Origin: Oscillospiraceae bacterium
Lineage (GTDB): Bacteria; Bacillota; Clostridia; Oscillospirales; Oscillospiraceae
Direction of reading: 5' to 3'
Assembly (NCBI GenBank): GCA_017466215.1
Contig: JAFTUO010000065.1
Coordinates: forward strand, 544 to 64,543
DNA: 64,000 nucleotides
The notes under the pieces were generated by a model that did not search any database, had not been told where the DNA came from, and saw only the letters and a list, made by a program, of their open reading frames with translations. Below, piece by piece: positions 28,608 through 38,013 of this stretch; the stretch's first letter is position 1; the number at the start of each line of letters is the position of its first letter. Made by a program: the position numbers and the translations under genes.

Positions 28608-31600
28608 AAAACTGACACCCCAACAGCAGCAAGCGGTTGAAAACCGCGGCGGCAAGCTGTTGGTTTCTGCGGCGGCAGGCTCGGGCAAGACCAAAGTACT
28701 GGTCGACCGCCTGCTTGGCTACCTGACAGATCCCGTCCAGCCTGCCAATCTGGACGAATTTCTGATGATCACCTATACCAAGGCCGCGGCGGCGGAGCTG
28801 CGTGGCAAGATTGCCGCAAAGCTTTCTGAGCGGCTTGCACAGACGCCTGACAACAAGCATCTGCAGCATCAGATGCAGCGGCTTTACTTAACAAAAATCT
28901 CCACAGTTCACGCTTTCTGTGCGGATATCCTCCGGGAATATGCCTATATGTTGGATATCCCGGCAGATTTCCGGGTGGCGGATGAAAATGAATGCCGTGA
29001 GCTGCGGGACCGTACCGTGGAGCGGCTGCTGGACAGCGCCTACGACAATGCTGAAAATGATCCCGATTTCCGCGCCTTTGTGGATGCTCAGGCTCTGGGC
29101 AGGGATGACCGACTGGTGTCGGAGATCCTCTTGAAGGTCTACGATGCTGCTCGATGCCATCTGGATCCTCAAAAGTGGCTGGATGGGTGTATCAGCAATA
29201 CCCTTGCAGAGGATGTTACCGATGCGGCCCAAACCATTTGGGGAAAATATCTGGTAAAGGATCTATACTCCTATCTGGATCTGCAGATCCAGGCGATGAA
29301 AGCCTGCGCTGATGCGGCATCCCGGGCAGAGGGTATGGAAAAGCCTGCGGCGCTGCTGGCTGACACAGTATACCAGTTGGAAAATCTGCGTGCTGCTGCC
29401 ACCTGGGATGAGATCGTAGCGCACAAATCCATTGACTACGGCAGACTGACAATTTCCAAGAAGTGCCCCGATCAGGAGCTTGCTGAGCGGATCAAAGCGG
29501 TACGCAGCGCCTGCAAAAAGGGCCTGGAAAAGCGGCTGAAAAGCTTTGCCGATGAAAGCGCTCAGGTGCTTTCTGATGTGTTTGCAACCGCTGCATCTGT
29601 GCGGGGTATCGTGGCGCTGGTACGCCGGTTTGACCGGGAGTTTGACCGGGCCAAGCGAGCCCGCCGCATCCTGGATTTCGGCGATCTGGAGCATAACTGC
29701 CTGGATCTGCTGCTGGGCAAGCGGCGCAGTGGTCCTACAGCCGCGGCTGAGGAGATCGGCGACCGCTTCCGGGAGATCATGGTGGACGAATATCAGGACT
29801 CCAATGCGGTGCAGAATGCCATTTTCACCGCCCTGACGGCGAAGCGGCAAAACTGCTTTATGGTGGGCGATGTGAAGCAGTCCATCTATCAGTTCCGCCT
29901 GGCAGACCCCGGCATTTTCCTTGAAAAATATGCCTCCTACACACCGGCTGAGGAAGCAAAGCCCGGGCAGGGGAGAAAGGTGATGCTTAGCTGCAATTTC
30001 CGCTCCGGCGGCGATGTGCTTAAGAGTGTCAACGATGTATTCTCTTACTGTATGTCAGAAAATGTGGGCGGCCTGGTTTACGGTGAAGAGGAAGCTCTTC
30101 GTGAGGGAATTCCCCATCAGCCGTTGGGCGAGCCGGAGGTGGAGCTTTGGACCATTCCGGTTGAGGAGACCACCTACACAGAGGAAGCCTCCTTTGTAGC
30201 TGAGCGGATCCGTCAGCTGCTGGACGGAACCCATTTTGTCCGGGAAAAGGATCAGCTTCGGCCGATACAGCCGGAGGATATCGCGATTTTGCTCCGCTCG
30301 CCCGGAAGTGTGGGAATGCACTTCCAGCGAGCACTGCAGGATCTGGGCATCCGCTGCATTACCGGCGGCGGAGAGGATCTGCTGCAGACGGAAGAGGTGG
30401 CGGTGCTGCGTTCGATTTTGCAGACCGTCAGCAACCCCCGGCAGGATATCCCGCTGCTGGCGACGCTGGTCAGCCCCGTATTCGGCTTTACAGCCGACGA
30501 TCTGGCGACATTCCGGGCAGGAAACCGCCGCTGCTGCGTATATGATGCGCTGTTAAAATCCGACTTGCCAAAGGCCCGCGATTTCCTGCAAATTCTGCAG
30601 GTATTGCGCCGTGAAGCCCGGATGCGCACCCTGGCCCAGCTGATCGAAAAGATATTCATTTTGACCCGAATGGACAGCATTTACGCGGCGATGGATGGTG
30701 GCGCGGAAAGACGCTCCAATCTGCACACCTTCTATACCCTTGCCTGCGATTTTGAAAGTACTGCCCGACGGGATCTGGAGCAGTTTTTGGACCATCTGAC
30801 CGCGATGGAGGATAAGGGCCTGATCGTAGCCGGCGAGCAATCTGCCACCGGTGCGGTAACCCTGATGAGTATCCACAAATCCAAGGGTCTGGAATTCCCG
30901 GTGGTATTTGTCTGCGGCCTTTCCCGGGAGTTTAACAGAGAAAGCGCCCGCGCCCACGTGCTTTGTGATCAGAATCTGGGCTTGGGACTGTCCTTTGTGG
31001 ACACCAAAAACCGGGTGCGCTATCCCACCGTGGCAAAGCGTGCCATCACGGTCAAAACCGTGGCGGACAGCCTTTCTGAGGAGCTGCGGGTGCTGTATGT
31101 CGCACTGACCCGGGCAAGAGACCGCCTGATTATGACTTACGCTTCCCAGACGCTTGAAAAGGATCTTTGCGAGATCGTCAACCGGATGGATATGAGCAAG
31201 CCGGAGCTTTTGACCGCGGATGTTGTCTGCCCCGGCGAGTGGGTGTTGATGACAGCCTTGCGCCGCACAGAGGCCGGCGAACTGTTCCAGCTGGGCGGAA
31301 GACCCTTGGAGACGACACCCGGTGATCCTGTCTGGAAAATCAAGGTTACAGGTGCGCCGGAAGCTGCTGCTGCGGCAATGGAAGCTGCGCAGGAGTCGAA
31401 GGATCTTCCGGAGAATGTGATCGAGAAGCTGCAGCGGGGCTTGGCATTTTCCTATCCCCATCCGGCGGCGACGGTATCGCCCTCCAAACAGACCGCCACC
31501 GGTCGAAAGGGCCGGGACAAGGATGCAGAGGCAGCGGAAGATGCGCCTGCGGCAGAAAAAATGTCTATCAGCTGGCGCAAAATCGCCGGCGGAAGAACAG

Positions 31601-32109
31601 CGGGCAAGGAGATCGGCAATGCTGTTCACGCATTGATGCAGCACATCTGCTTTGATGCTTGTACAGATGCCAATGCCGTGGAGCGGGAGCTTCAGCGGCT
31701 GATGGACGAAGGCTTACTGACCCGGGAGCAGGGAGATTGGATCGACTGCAGCAAAATCGCCACGTTCTTCACGTCAGAATTGGGCCGGAAGCTTCGCTGC
31801 GCAGGCAAGGTGATCCGGGAGTTCAAATTCTCGATTTTGGACGACGGCGTCCATTATGACCCGGCGCTGGAGGGAGAAAAAGTCCTCCTGCAGGGCGTTG
31901 TGGACTGCGCGATGATCGAAGACGACGGCATTACCGTCATTGACTTCAAGACGGACTATGTAACGGCAGACACGATTTCCAATCGTGCGCGCCACTACGC
32001 GCCTCAGGTTGAAGCTTATGCCCAGGCGCTGGAACGGATCTATCAAAAACCCGTGAAAGAAGCTGTTTTGTACTTCTTCCATCTGGATCGCTTCGTAAAT
32101 GTAATATAA
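28600..32109 (+). CDS. addA: ATP-dependent helicase/nuclease subunit A
   Basis: SAAAGSGKT, VDEYQD, VGDVKQSIYQFR, SIHKSKGLEF, LYVALTRA, IDFKTD; GTG start after GGAGG. Confidence 0.95.
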   Translation: MAEKLTPQQQQAVENRGGKLLVSAAAGSGKTKVLVDRLLGYLTDPVQPANLDEFLMITYTKAAAAELRGKIAAKLSERLAQTPDNKHLQHQMQRLYLTKISTVHAFCADILREYAYMLDIPADFRVADENECRELRDRTVERLLDSAYDNAENDPDFRAFVDAQALGRDDRLVSEILLKVYDAARCHLDPQKWLDGCISNTLAEDVTDAAQTIWGKYLVKDLYSYLDLQIQAMKACADAASRAEGMEKPAALLADTVYQLENLRAAATWDEIVAHKSIDYGRLTISKKCPDQELAERIKAVRSACKKGLEKRLKSFADESAQVLSDVFATAASVRGIVALVRRFDREFDRAKRARRILDFGDLEHNCLDLLLGKRRSGPTAAAEEIGDRFREIMVDEYQDSNAVQNAIFTALTAKRQNCFMVGDVKQSIYQFRLADPGIFLEKYASYTPAEEAKPGQGRKVMLSCNFRSGGDVLKSVNDVFSYCMSENVGGLVYGEEEALREGIPHQPLGEPEVELWTIPVEETTYTEEASFVAERIRQLLDGTHFVREKDQLRPIQPEDIAILLRSPGSVGMHFQRALQDLGIRCITGGGEDLLQTEEVAVLRSILQTVSNPRQDIPLLATLVSPVFGFTADDLATFRAGNRRCCVYDALLKSDLPKARDFLQILQVLRREARMRTLAQLIEKIFILTRMDSIYAAMDGGAERRSNLHTFYTLACDFESTARRDLEQFLDHLTAMEDKGLIVAGEQSATGAVTLMSIHKSKGLEFPVVFVCGLSREFNRESARAHVLCDQNLGLGLSFVDTKNRVRYPTVAKRAITVKTVADSLSEELRVLYVALTRARDRLIMTYASQTLEKDLCEIVNRMDMSKPELLTADVVCPGEWVLMTALRRTEAGELFQLGGRPLETTPGDPVWKIKVTGAPEAAAAAMEAAQESKDLPENVIEKLQRGLAFSYPHPAATVSPSKQTATGRKGRDKDAEAAEDAPAAEKMSISWRKIAGGRTAGKEIGNAVHALMQHICFDACTDANAVERELQRLMDEGLLTREQGDWIDCSKIATFFTSELGRKLRCAGKVIREFKFSILDDGVHYDPALEGEKVLLQGVVDCAMIEDDGITVIDFKTDYVTADTISNRARHYAPQVEAYAQALERIYQKPVKEAVLYFFHLDRFVNVI

Positions 32110-32114
32110 TGCGT

Positions 32115-32144
32115 ATCGGCCACACCATTTTTGGTGTGGCCGAT
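32115..32144. terminator. Hairpin between convergent addA and N/Q microprotein gene
   Basis: atcggccacacca-tttt-tggtgtggccgat (13-bp stem). Confidence 0.75.
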
Positions 32145-32150
32145 TGCCGT

Positions 32151-32252
32151 TTAGCGGTTGTTCTGATTCTGGTTGTTGTTCTGGCTGTTCTTGTTCTGGT
32201 TCTGATTGTTGTTCTGGTTGTTCTTGTTCTGATTCTTGTTCTGGTTCTCCAT
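32151..32252 (-). CDS. 33-aa Asn/Gln-rich microprotein MENQNKNQNKNNQNNNQNQNKNSQNNNQNQNNR
   Basis: GGAGG RBS 8 nt before ATG, in-frame TAA, triplet-periodic low complexity, followed by hairpin. Confidence 0.7.
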   Translation of the reverse strand: MENQNKNQNKNNQNNNQNQNKNSQNNNQNQNNR

Positions 32253-32312
32253 TTTTAAATCCTCCAAGTATTTGTACTGCGGCTTGGCCGCTACTCTAGC
32301 ATTCCCCGGATT

Positions 32313-32669
32313 TCAGGATTTATCCTTTGGTTTAAAAATCAAGCTCACCAAAAGTCCACAGGTGATCGCCGCGGCAATACCGCCGGCAGTTGCTTTCAGA
32401 CCACCGGTGAGAATACCCAGAAAACCACTTTCATCAACGGCTTCCCGGACGCCTTTTGCCAGGGAATTCCCAAAGCCGGTAAGAGGAACTGCTGCACCTG
32501 CGCCGGCAAAGTCCACCAATTTGTCATAAAGACCCACCGCACCAAGGAATACGCCGATCACCACATAGCTGACCAATATCCTTGCCGGGGTCAGCTTTGT
32601 TTTGTCGATCAGAATTTGGCCGGCAACGCACAGCAGACCGCCGACAATAAAGGCTTTGATATACTCCAT
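32313..32669 (-). CDS. spoVAE: Stage V sporulation protein AE (SpoVAEb)
   Basis: AFIVGG..C..GQ..ID.TKLTPARILV, AGAGA.VPLTGFG. Confidence 0.93.
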   Translation of the reverse strand: MEYIKAFIVGGLLCVAGQILIDKTKLTPARILVSYVVIGVFLGAVGLYDKLVDFAGAGAAVPLTGFGNSLAKGVREAVDESGFLGILTGGLKATAGGIAAAITCGLLVSLIFKPKDKS

Positions 32670-32670
32670 C

Positions 32671-33690
32671 TCAATCCCTCCCTCCGCGAATGCAAACTGC
32701 GTGGCACACACCGGGGATGGGCAGACCCTGCTGGGTTGAGGTAGGGGAGAGCAGCGCGCCTGTACCGCAGAACAGGATCTTCTTCAGCTTTCCTTTGTCC
32801 AGTTCATTCAAAAGATAACTGCACAGGGTGATCGCACTGCAGCCACAGCCTGAGCCGCCGGCGTGGACATCCTGCTTGGTCTGGTCAAAGACCAGCGTGC
32901 CGCAGTCGGTCAGCTTTCCACCCAGGGAAACGCCGTCCTTTCGTGCCAATTCCATAAGCAGCTCTTTGCCCAGCTGTCCCAGATCGCCGGTTACGATCAA
33001 GTCGAAATCCTCAGGGCCTACGTGCAGATCGGAAAAGTGGGTGCGGATGGTTGCCCAGGCAGCAGGTGCCATCGCTGCGCCCATATTGTTGGCATCCTTT
33101 ACACCCAGGTCGGTAATTGTGCCAACGGTGCAGCTTTCGATCCGTGGGCCTTTTCCCCCAGAACAAACCAGCGCCGCACCTGCGCCGGTAACTGTCCATT
33201 GGGCGGTAGGTGTCCGCTGCCCGCCGTAGCCCAGAGGGAAGCGATACTGCCGCTCTGAGGAAGCAAAATGAGAGGAGGTCATCGCCACCACCTTGTCTGA
33301 AAATCCACCGCTGACGGTCATTGCGGCCAGCAGCAGGCTTTCTGCCATGGTAGAGCATGCGCCGTAGAGCCCCAGATGGGGGATCCCGGTGTTGCGCATC
33401 GAAAAGGATGAGCCGATGCATTGATTCAGAAGATCGCCGGAAAAGGCCAACCCGATCTGATGCCGTGAGATGCCTGCCTTATTCAGAAGCGTGTCTAAGG
33501 CTAACTTTTGCAGCTGCTTTTCCGCCAATTCCCAGGTTTTCTGACCGAAAAGTGTATCTTGTGAGGTAACATCGAAAAGATGCGAAAGCGGACCTTCTGA
33601 TTCTTTTTTGCCTGCGACGCTGGCCCAGGCGGTGATCACGGGCAGCTGAGGCAGGACAAAGCTTTGCTGACCGCGCTTATTATTTGCCAT
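32671..33690 (-). CDS. spoVAD: Stage V sporulation protein AD
   Basis: GKKESEGPL, GDLLNQ, GACST, ERQYRFPL.YG.QR..TAQWTVTG, GGSGCGCS. Confidence 0.96.
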   Translation of the reverse strand: MANNKRGQQSFVLPQLPVITAWASVAGKKESEGPLSHLFDVTSQDTLFGQKTWELAEKQLQKLALDTLLNKAGISRHQIGLAFSGDLLNQCIGSSFSMRNTGIPHLGLYGACSTMAESLLLAAMTVSGGFSDKVVAMTSSHFASSERQYRFPLGYGGQRTPTAQWTVTGAGAALVCSGGKGPRIESCTVGTITDLGVKDANNMGAAMAPAAWATIRTHFSDLHVGPEDFDLIVTGDLGQLGKELLMELARKDGVSLGGKLTDCGTLVFDQTKQDVHAGGSGCGCSAITLCSYLLNELDKGKLKKILFCGTGALLSPTSTQQGLPIPGVCHAVCIRGGRD

Positions 33691-33717
33691 AGATTCACCC
33701 TCTTAATGGTTTTTTGC

Positions 33718-33746
33718 TAGTATGTGCTTATTTGTGCAAAATATAA
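33718..33746 (-). promoter_or_regulatory. Candidate sporulation (SigG-type) promoter for spoVAD
   Basis: Minus strand TTATA-N17-CATACTA. Confidence 0.5.
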
Positions 33747-33772
33747 AAGCCGGCATCGTGTGATGCCGGCTT
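33747..33772 (-). terminator. Intrinsic terminator after NlpC/P60 gene
   Basis: aagccggcatc-gtgt-gatgccggctt, T run on minus strand. Confidence 0.75.
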
Positions 33773-33776
33773 CGGG

Positions 33777-34736
33777 CTATAAAATTCGCTTTGCACCGTA
33801 GTAGCGCGGTGCCCAGTAGGTGTTGCTAAGGGAAGAAATGACCACGCCCTTACTGGTGGATGCGTGGATAAATTGGTTGTTGCCAATATAGATGCCCAGA
33901 TGGGATACGCCGTTGCCATCGGTTTCGAAGAATACAAGATCGCCGGCCTTCAGATTGGATTTGGATACTGAAGTGCCAACGCCGTATTGCTGTTTGCTGG
34001 TCCGGGGCAGCTGTATGCCGTGCTGTGCAAATACATACTGTACGAATCCGGAGCAGTCAAAGCCACTGGGTGTACTGCCGCCCCAGACATAGGGAACGCC
34101 AATGTACTTTTTCGCCGTGGCGATGATGGCACTGGCGGTGGGCTTGGGCCTGTTCAGCGCAGAAGCACTGGGGGTCACGCCGGTGGATTTACCGCCGCGG
34201 AAGAAAAGGGGTGTATTTTTGGAATCCCGGTTCTCATAGGGGATCTCGGTCAGTTCCACATAATCGCTGCGGATATAGCCCACGGTGTTGCCGTAAATGA
34301 CCTTAAACCATTTGTTGTTGATGCCAATGATATAGGCGGTATCATTGATGGCGGCGCTGGCTAAGCTTTTGTAGCCTGTACCCGGCCCGCTGCGGATATT
34401 TACCTTGTTGCCGGTAATTCGGCCGTAGCCCAGCTCGGCATTTTCCCGGGTAGAAGCATTCAAATATTTGCTGTGCATATAACCGGTCTGCAGATTGTAG
34501 CTGACCTTATACCAATCGCCGGATTTACCCAGCAGGACCACCACCTCATTATCGTAGGCGTAGTCGATGGTTTTGCTGCTTGTGCTGGGCTTTGACCGCA
34601 GCCGCAGCGACGATGCATCCACAAATGCGATTCCGGTTTTCATTTCCGTACCGGCAGCGCTGGCGTGAACGCTAAAAAGACTTACAAAAAGAAAAATTGT
34701 CAGCACAAGGCTGACAATACGCGTAGATCGTTTCAT
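33777..34736 (-). CDS. Secreted peptidoglycan endopeptidase, 2x SH3b + NlpC/P60
   Basis: Signal peptide; LRLRSKPS and VNIRSGPG SH3b repeats; PYVWGG..PSGFDCSG, HLGIYIG, HAS. Confidence 0.93.
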   Translation of the reverse strand: MKRSTRIVSLVLTIFLFVSLFSVHASAAGTEMKTGIAFVDASSLRLRSKPSTSSKTIDYAYDNEVVVLLGKSGDWYKVSYNLQTGYMHSKYLNASTRENAELGYGRITGNKVNIRSGPGTGYKSLASAAINDTAYIIGINNKWFKVIYGNTVGYIRSDYVELTEIPYENRDSKNTPLFFRGGKSTGVTPSASALNRPKPTASAIIATAKKYIGVPYVWGGSTPSGFDCSGFVQYVFAQHGIQLPRTSKQQYGVGTSVSKSNLKAGDLVFFETDGNGVSHLGIYIGNNQFIHASTSKGVVISSLSNTYWAPRYYGAKRIL

Positions 34737-34772
34737 ACGTTGCCCTCCGTCTTACTCATAATAGGAAAAATC

Positions 34773-35063
34773 TTACTTGCCTGCCAAAGCACGCTCAAGC
34801 CATACACAGCCAAAATCCAAAGCGGTGTACAGACCGTCTTTCTCACCTTTCTTTACGACCCGGTCGCGGCTCTTGGCAGCGGGGTCAGTGAGCTGTAGCT
34901 GAACAGAAACCTTAGAGGCTACATCCAGATCGCCGACCTTCTTGGTCTCCAGGATCTGGAGCATAACAATGTGGGAATCTGCCATTGATCCGTAATAGAT
35001 CAAATTGTCCTTCCGCATCAGCGGATGGCCCTTGTAAATAAGGACTGCATTTTCATCAGCCAT
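34773..35063 (-). CDS. Hypothetical protein (96 aa)
   Basis: AAGGAGG RBS, own promoter, genome-typical codon usage; no recognisable motif. Confidence 0.75.
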   Translation of the reverse strand: MADENAVLIYKGHPLMRKDNLIYYGSMADSHIVMLQILETKKVGDLDVASKVSVQLQLTDPAAKSRDRVVKKGEKDGLYTALDFGCVWLERALAGK

Positions 35064-35095
35064 TTCGGTTACCTCCTTTAAGAATTGTAGTCAAA

Positions 35096-35124
35096 ATTGT
35101 AACACTTTGTAACCGAAGTGTCAA
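35096..35124 (-). promoter_or_regulatory. SigA-type promoter with embedded inverted repeat
   Basis: Minus strand TTGACA-N17-TACAAT with TG extension. Confidence 0.7.
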
Positions 35125-35229
35125 CGCTCGGCGGGCGATTGCCAGAACTTGGCAAGCTTACCGCCGAATAAGACGGGTGTTGGATTTTGTAAGACGGAGG
35201 GGAGTATGAAATTTTGTTTTTCTAAGCAA

Positions 35230-35259
35230 AAGAGGCTTTTGCCGTGGCAAAAGCCTCTT
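35230..35259 (-). terminator. Intrinsic terminator after reoM
   Basis: aagaggcttttgcc-gt-ggcaaaagcctctt. Confidence 0.75.
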
Positions 35260-35273
35260 GGCCAATGTGGTAA

Positions 35274-35519
35274 TCAGGCCAGATAGCAGCGTACCAGTTC
35301 CTGCAGGAGCTCGTCCCGGTCCAACTTGCAGATCATACTGCGGGCATTGTTGTAGTTGGTGATATAGGTGGGATCCTCAGTCAGCAGGTAGCCAACGATC
35401 TGGTTAACGGGATTGTAACCCTTTTCCTTCAGAGCGTCGAATACAGTGCGGAGAATTCGGCGCATATTGTCCTTGTCGTCGCTGGGAACAGTGAATTTTA
35501 CAGTATTCTTATCCGTCAT
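35274..35519 (-). CDS. reoM: IreB/ReoM family regulatory phosphoprotein (UPF0297)
   Basis: T.KF N-terminus, [26 protein letters not shown]. Confidence 0.9.
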   Translation of the reverse strand: MTDKNTVKFTVPSDDKDNMRRILRTVFDALKEKGYNPVNQIVGYLLTEDPTYITNYNNARSMICKLDRDELLQELVRCYLA

Positions 35520-35612
35520 AGTATCGACCTCCTTCAAAACGGTATTGCTATTATATCCCAAATTTTTTCGGTTGTAAAGACCTAATTTGAAATTTTTACG
35601 AACTTCTGTTCG

Positions 35613-38000
35613 TTAACGCAGGATCGCGTCCAGTTTTTCCTTCAGCGCGGCGAGAACTTTGTTCATCACAGTCTCGGAATCCTGGTCAGTCAGGGTGCGG
35701 TCATCGGCACGCAGCTCCAGGGAGAATGCCATACTCTTCTTCCCCTCGGGAACGCCGGTACCGCGGTAAATGTCGAACAGACGAGTGCTGCGCAGAAGCT
35801 TGCCGGCAGCGGCGGTGATCACATCTTCAGCCTGAGCAACGGTAACGGTTTCGTCGCAGACGACAGCCAGATCCCGGGTAACGCTGGGGTACTTGGGCAG
35901 GGGAGCGTAGGTGGGATCGGGAAGCCGCAGAGTGAACAGCTTGCTGAAGTCGATCTCCACGCAGTAGACCTCGGCGTCAATGCCGTAGTTCTTGCAGACC
36001 AGAGGATGCACCTGGCCCATATAACCCAGATCCACACCGTTTACGCTGACCATAGCGCAGCGGCCGGGGTGGTAGGAGGGGTTATCCTTGACGGCGGTGT
36101 AGCTTGCCTTGGGCAGTCGCAGGCCGGTCAGAATGGCTTCCAGCTCGCCCTTGAGAGTGAAGAAGGTCTCGTCAGCACCGTAAGTGCCCAGTACCAGCAT
36201 CTTAGGCTCTGCAGGCAGGGTCTGACCCTCGGTGGGCAGGTAGATCTTCGCCAGCTCGTAGAGCTTGACAGATTTGTTGTGATAAGCATAGTTGCGGGAC
36301 AGAATGTCCAGCATAGAGGGTAGGGCAATGGTACGCATAATGGAAGTATCCTCACCCAGAGGATTCTGGATCTTCATTGCGTTGCGCAGGGGAGAATCGC
36401 CGGGCAGTCGGATCTGATCAAAGATGGCAGGGGATACGAAAGAGTAGGTGATGATCTCGCTATAGCCCAGGCTGCGGCACAGAGCGCCTGCCTTGCTTTC
36501 TGCCAGCATAAAGGGAGAATAACCACCCTGAGTAGAGGTCTTGAATGCGGTGGTGGCAATCTCGTTATAGCCGTAGGAACGACCGATCTCCTCTGCCACA
36601 TCCGCCATCAGATTCAGGTCGGGACGGAAAGAGGGGACTTTGATGGTGTCGCCATCGACCTCGATCTCCAGCAGATTCAGATACTTGACCATATCCTCCT
36701 TGCTGATGTCTGTACCCAGCAGGCGGTTGATCTTATCGCACTCCAGAGGCAGAGTCTTGGCTTCGGGGACATAGTTGATGATGTCGATAATGCCGTCCAT
36801 CACATCGCCGGCTTCCAGCATTTCAACCAGCTCGCAGGCCCGCTGCACAGCGGGAACGGTCATCATCGGATCCAGGTTCTTTTCGAACTTGCCGGAGGAC
36901 TCGGTACGCATACCCAGCGCCAGCGCGGTCTGACGGATGGACGTGCCGTTGAAGTTGGCGGATTCGAAGACTACCGTGGTGGTATCGTCCAGGATCTCGG
37001 AGTTTTCACCGCCCATAATACCGGCAAGGCCGATGGGCTTACTCTCGTCAGCGATGACCAGCATACCGGGTTTCAGGCTACGAATATTGCCATCCAGCGT
37101 GGTCAGGGTCTCGCCCTCTTCCGCTTCCCGGACAATGATCTTGCCGGAGGAAACGTAGCGGTAGTCAAAGGCGTGCATCGGCTGGCCGTACTCCAGCATT
37201 ACATAGTTGGTGATGTCAACGATATTGTTGATGGGGCGGATGCCGTTGGCGCGCAGGCGGTTACGCAGCCACTTGGGGGAGGGTGCAATCTTGACATTCT
37301 TCACCATACGGGAAGAATAGCGATTGCACAGCTCGGTGGCGGGAACTTCTACGTCCAGCATCTCGAAAATGCTGCCGCAGTCGCTGCCCTTGACCACGGG
37401 CTCGTGGTGCTTCATCTGCATACCGAAAGCGGCAGCAGATTCCCGGGCCAGACCGATGATGGAGTAGCAGTCGGGGCGGTTGTTGGTGATCTCAAAATCG
37501 ACGATGGTATCGTCGTTGCCGATGACCAGATTGATATCGTCGCCGACCTGGCAAGGCTCGTCATTCAGAATCCAGATGCCGTCCAAAATAGCATTGGGGT
37601 AGTCATTCAGAGTCAGGCCCAGCTCTTCCAGACCGCAGAGCATACCGTTGGAAACCTCGCCGCGGAGCTTGCCCTTGGTGATATGAACGCCGCCGGGCAG
37701 GTAAGAATTGTGCAACGCCACGGGCACGAAATCGCCCTGCTGGACATTCTGTGCGCCGGTAACGATCTGCACGGGGGCATCTTCGCCCACATCTACCTGG
37801 CAGACCCACATATGATCGGAATTTTCGTGGCGGACGATGGAGACCACCTTACCGACCTTGACATTCTTGATCTCGCTGTCCATTTTCTCCCAGGTTTCTA
37901 CCTTCTGGCCGAAAATGGTCAGCTTTTCTACATATTCTTTATCGCTGACGGAGGACAGATCCACAAATTCTTCGTGCAGCCATTTTCTGTTAAGCTTCAT
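35613..38000 (-). CDS. pheT: Phenylalanine--tRNA ligase beta subunit
   Basis: 795 aa; tRNA-binding OB fold, ITNNRPDC, INNIVDITNYVMLEYGQPMHAFD, C-terminal FDX-ACB (DRTLTD). Confidence 0.97.
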   Translation of the reverse strand: MKLNRKWLHEEFVDLSSVSDKEYVEKLTIFGQKVETWEKMDSEIKNVKVGKVVSIVRHENSDHMWVCQVDVGEDAPVQIVTGAQNVQQGDFVPVALHNSYLPGGVHITKGKLRGEVSNGMLCGLEELGLTLNDYPNAILDGIWILNDEPCQVGDDINLVIGNDDTIVDFEITNNRPDCYSIIGLARESAAAFGMQMKHHEPVVKGSDCGSIFEMLDVEVPATELCNRYSSRMVKNVKIAPSPKWLRNRLRANGIRPINNIVDITNYVMLEYGQPMHAFDYRYVSSGKIIVREAEEGETLTTLDGNIRSLKPGMLVIADESKPIGLAGIMGGENSEILDDTTTVVFESANFNGTSIRQTALALGMRTESSGKFEKNLDPMMTVPAVQRACELVEMLEAGDVMDGIIDIINYVPEAKTLPLECDKINRLLGTDISKEDMVKYLNLLEIEVDGDTIKVPSFRPDLNLMADVAEEIGRSYGYNEIATTAFKTSTQGGYSPFMLAESKAGALCRSLGYSEIITYSFVSPAIFDQIRLPGDSPLRNAMKIQNPLGEDTSIMRTIALPSMLDILSRNYAYHNKSVKLYELAKIYLPTEGQTLPAEPKMLVLGTYGADETFFTLKGELEAILTGLRLPKASYTAVKDNPSYHPGRCAMVSVNGVDLGYMGQVHPLVCKNYGIDAEVYCVEIDFSKLFTLRLPDPTYAPLPKYPSVTRDLAVVCDETVTVAQAEDVITAAAGKLLRSTRLFDIYRGTGVPEGKKSMAFSLELRADDRTLTDQDSETVMNKVLAALKEKLDAILR

Positions 38001-38013
38001 AATCTATCCCTCC

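Noticed and set aside
32236-32529. Plus-strand 97-aa ORF and hydrophobic plus-strand reading of the 32151-32252 tract
   Set aside because: Antisense to spoVAE; the minus-strand reading has the RBS, ATG and stop.
35086-35113. WalR-like TGTWAH direct repeats upstream of NlpC/P60 operon
   Set aside because: Spacings are 6 and 4 nt rather than 5, and the motif is explained by the -10 TACAAT of the promoter.
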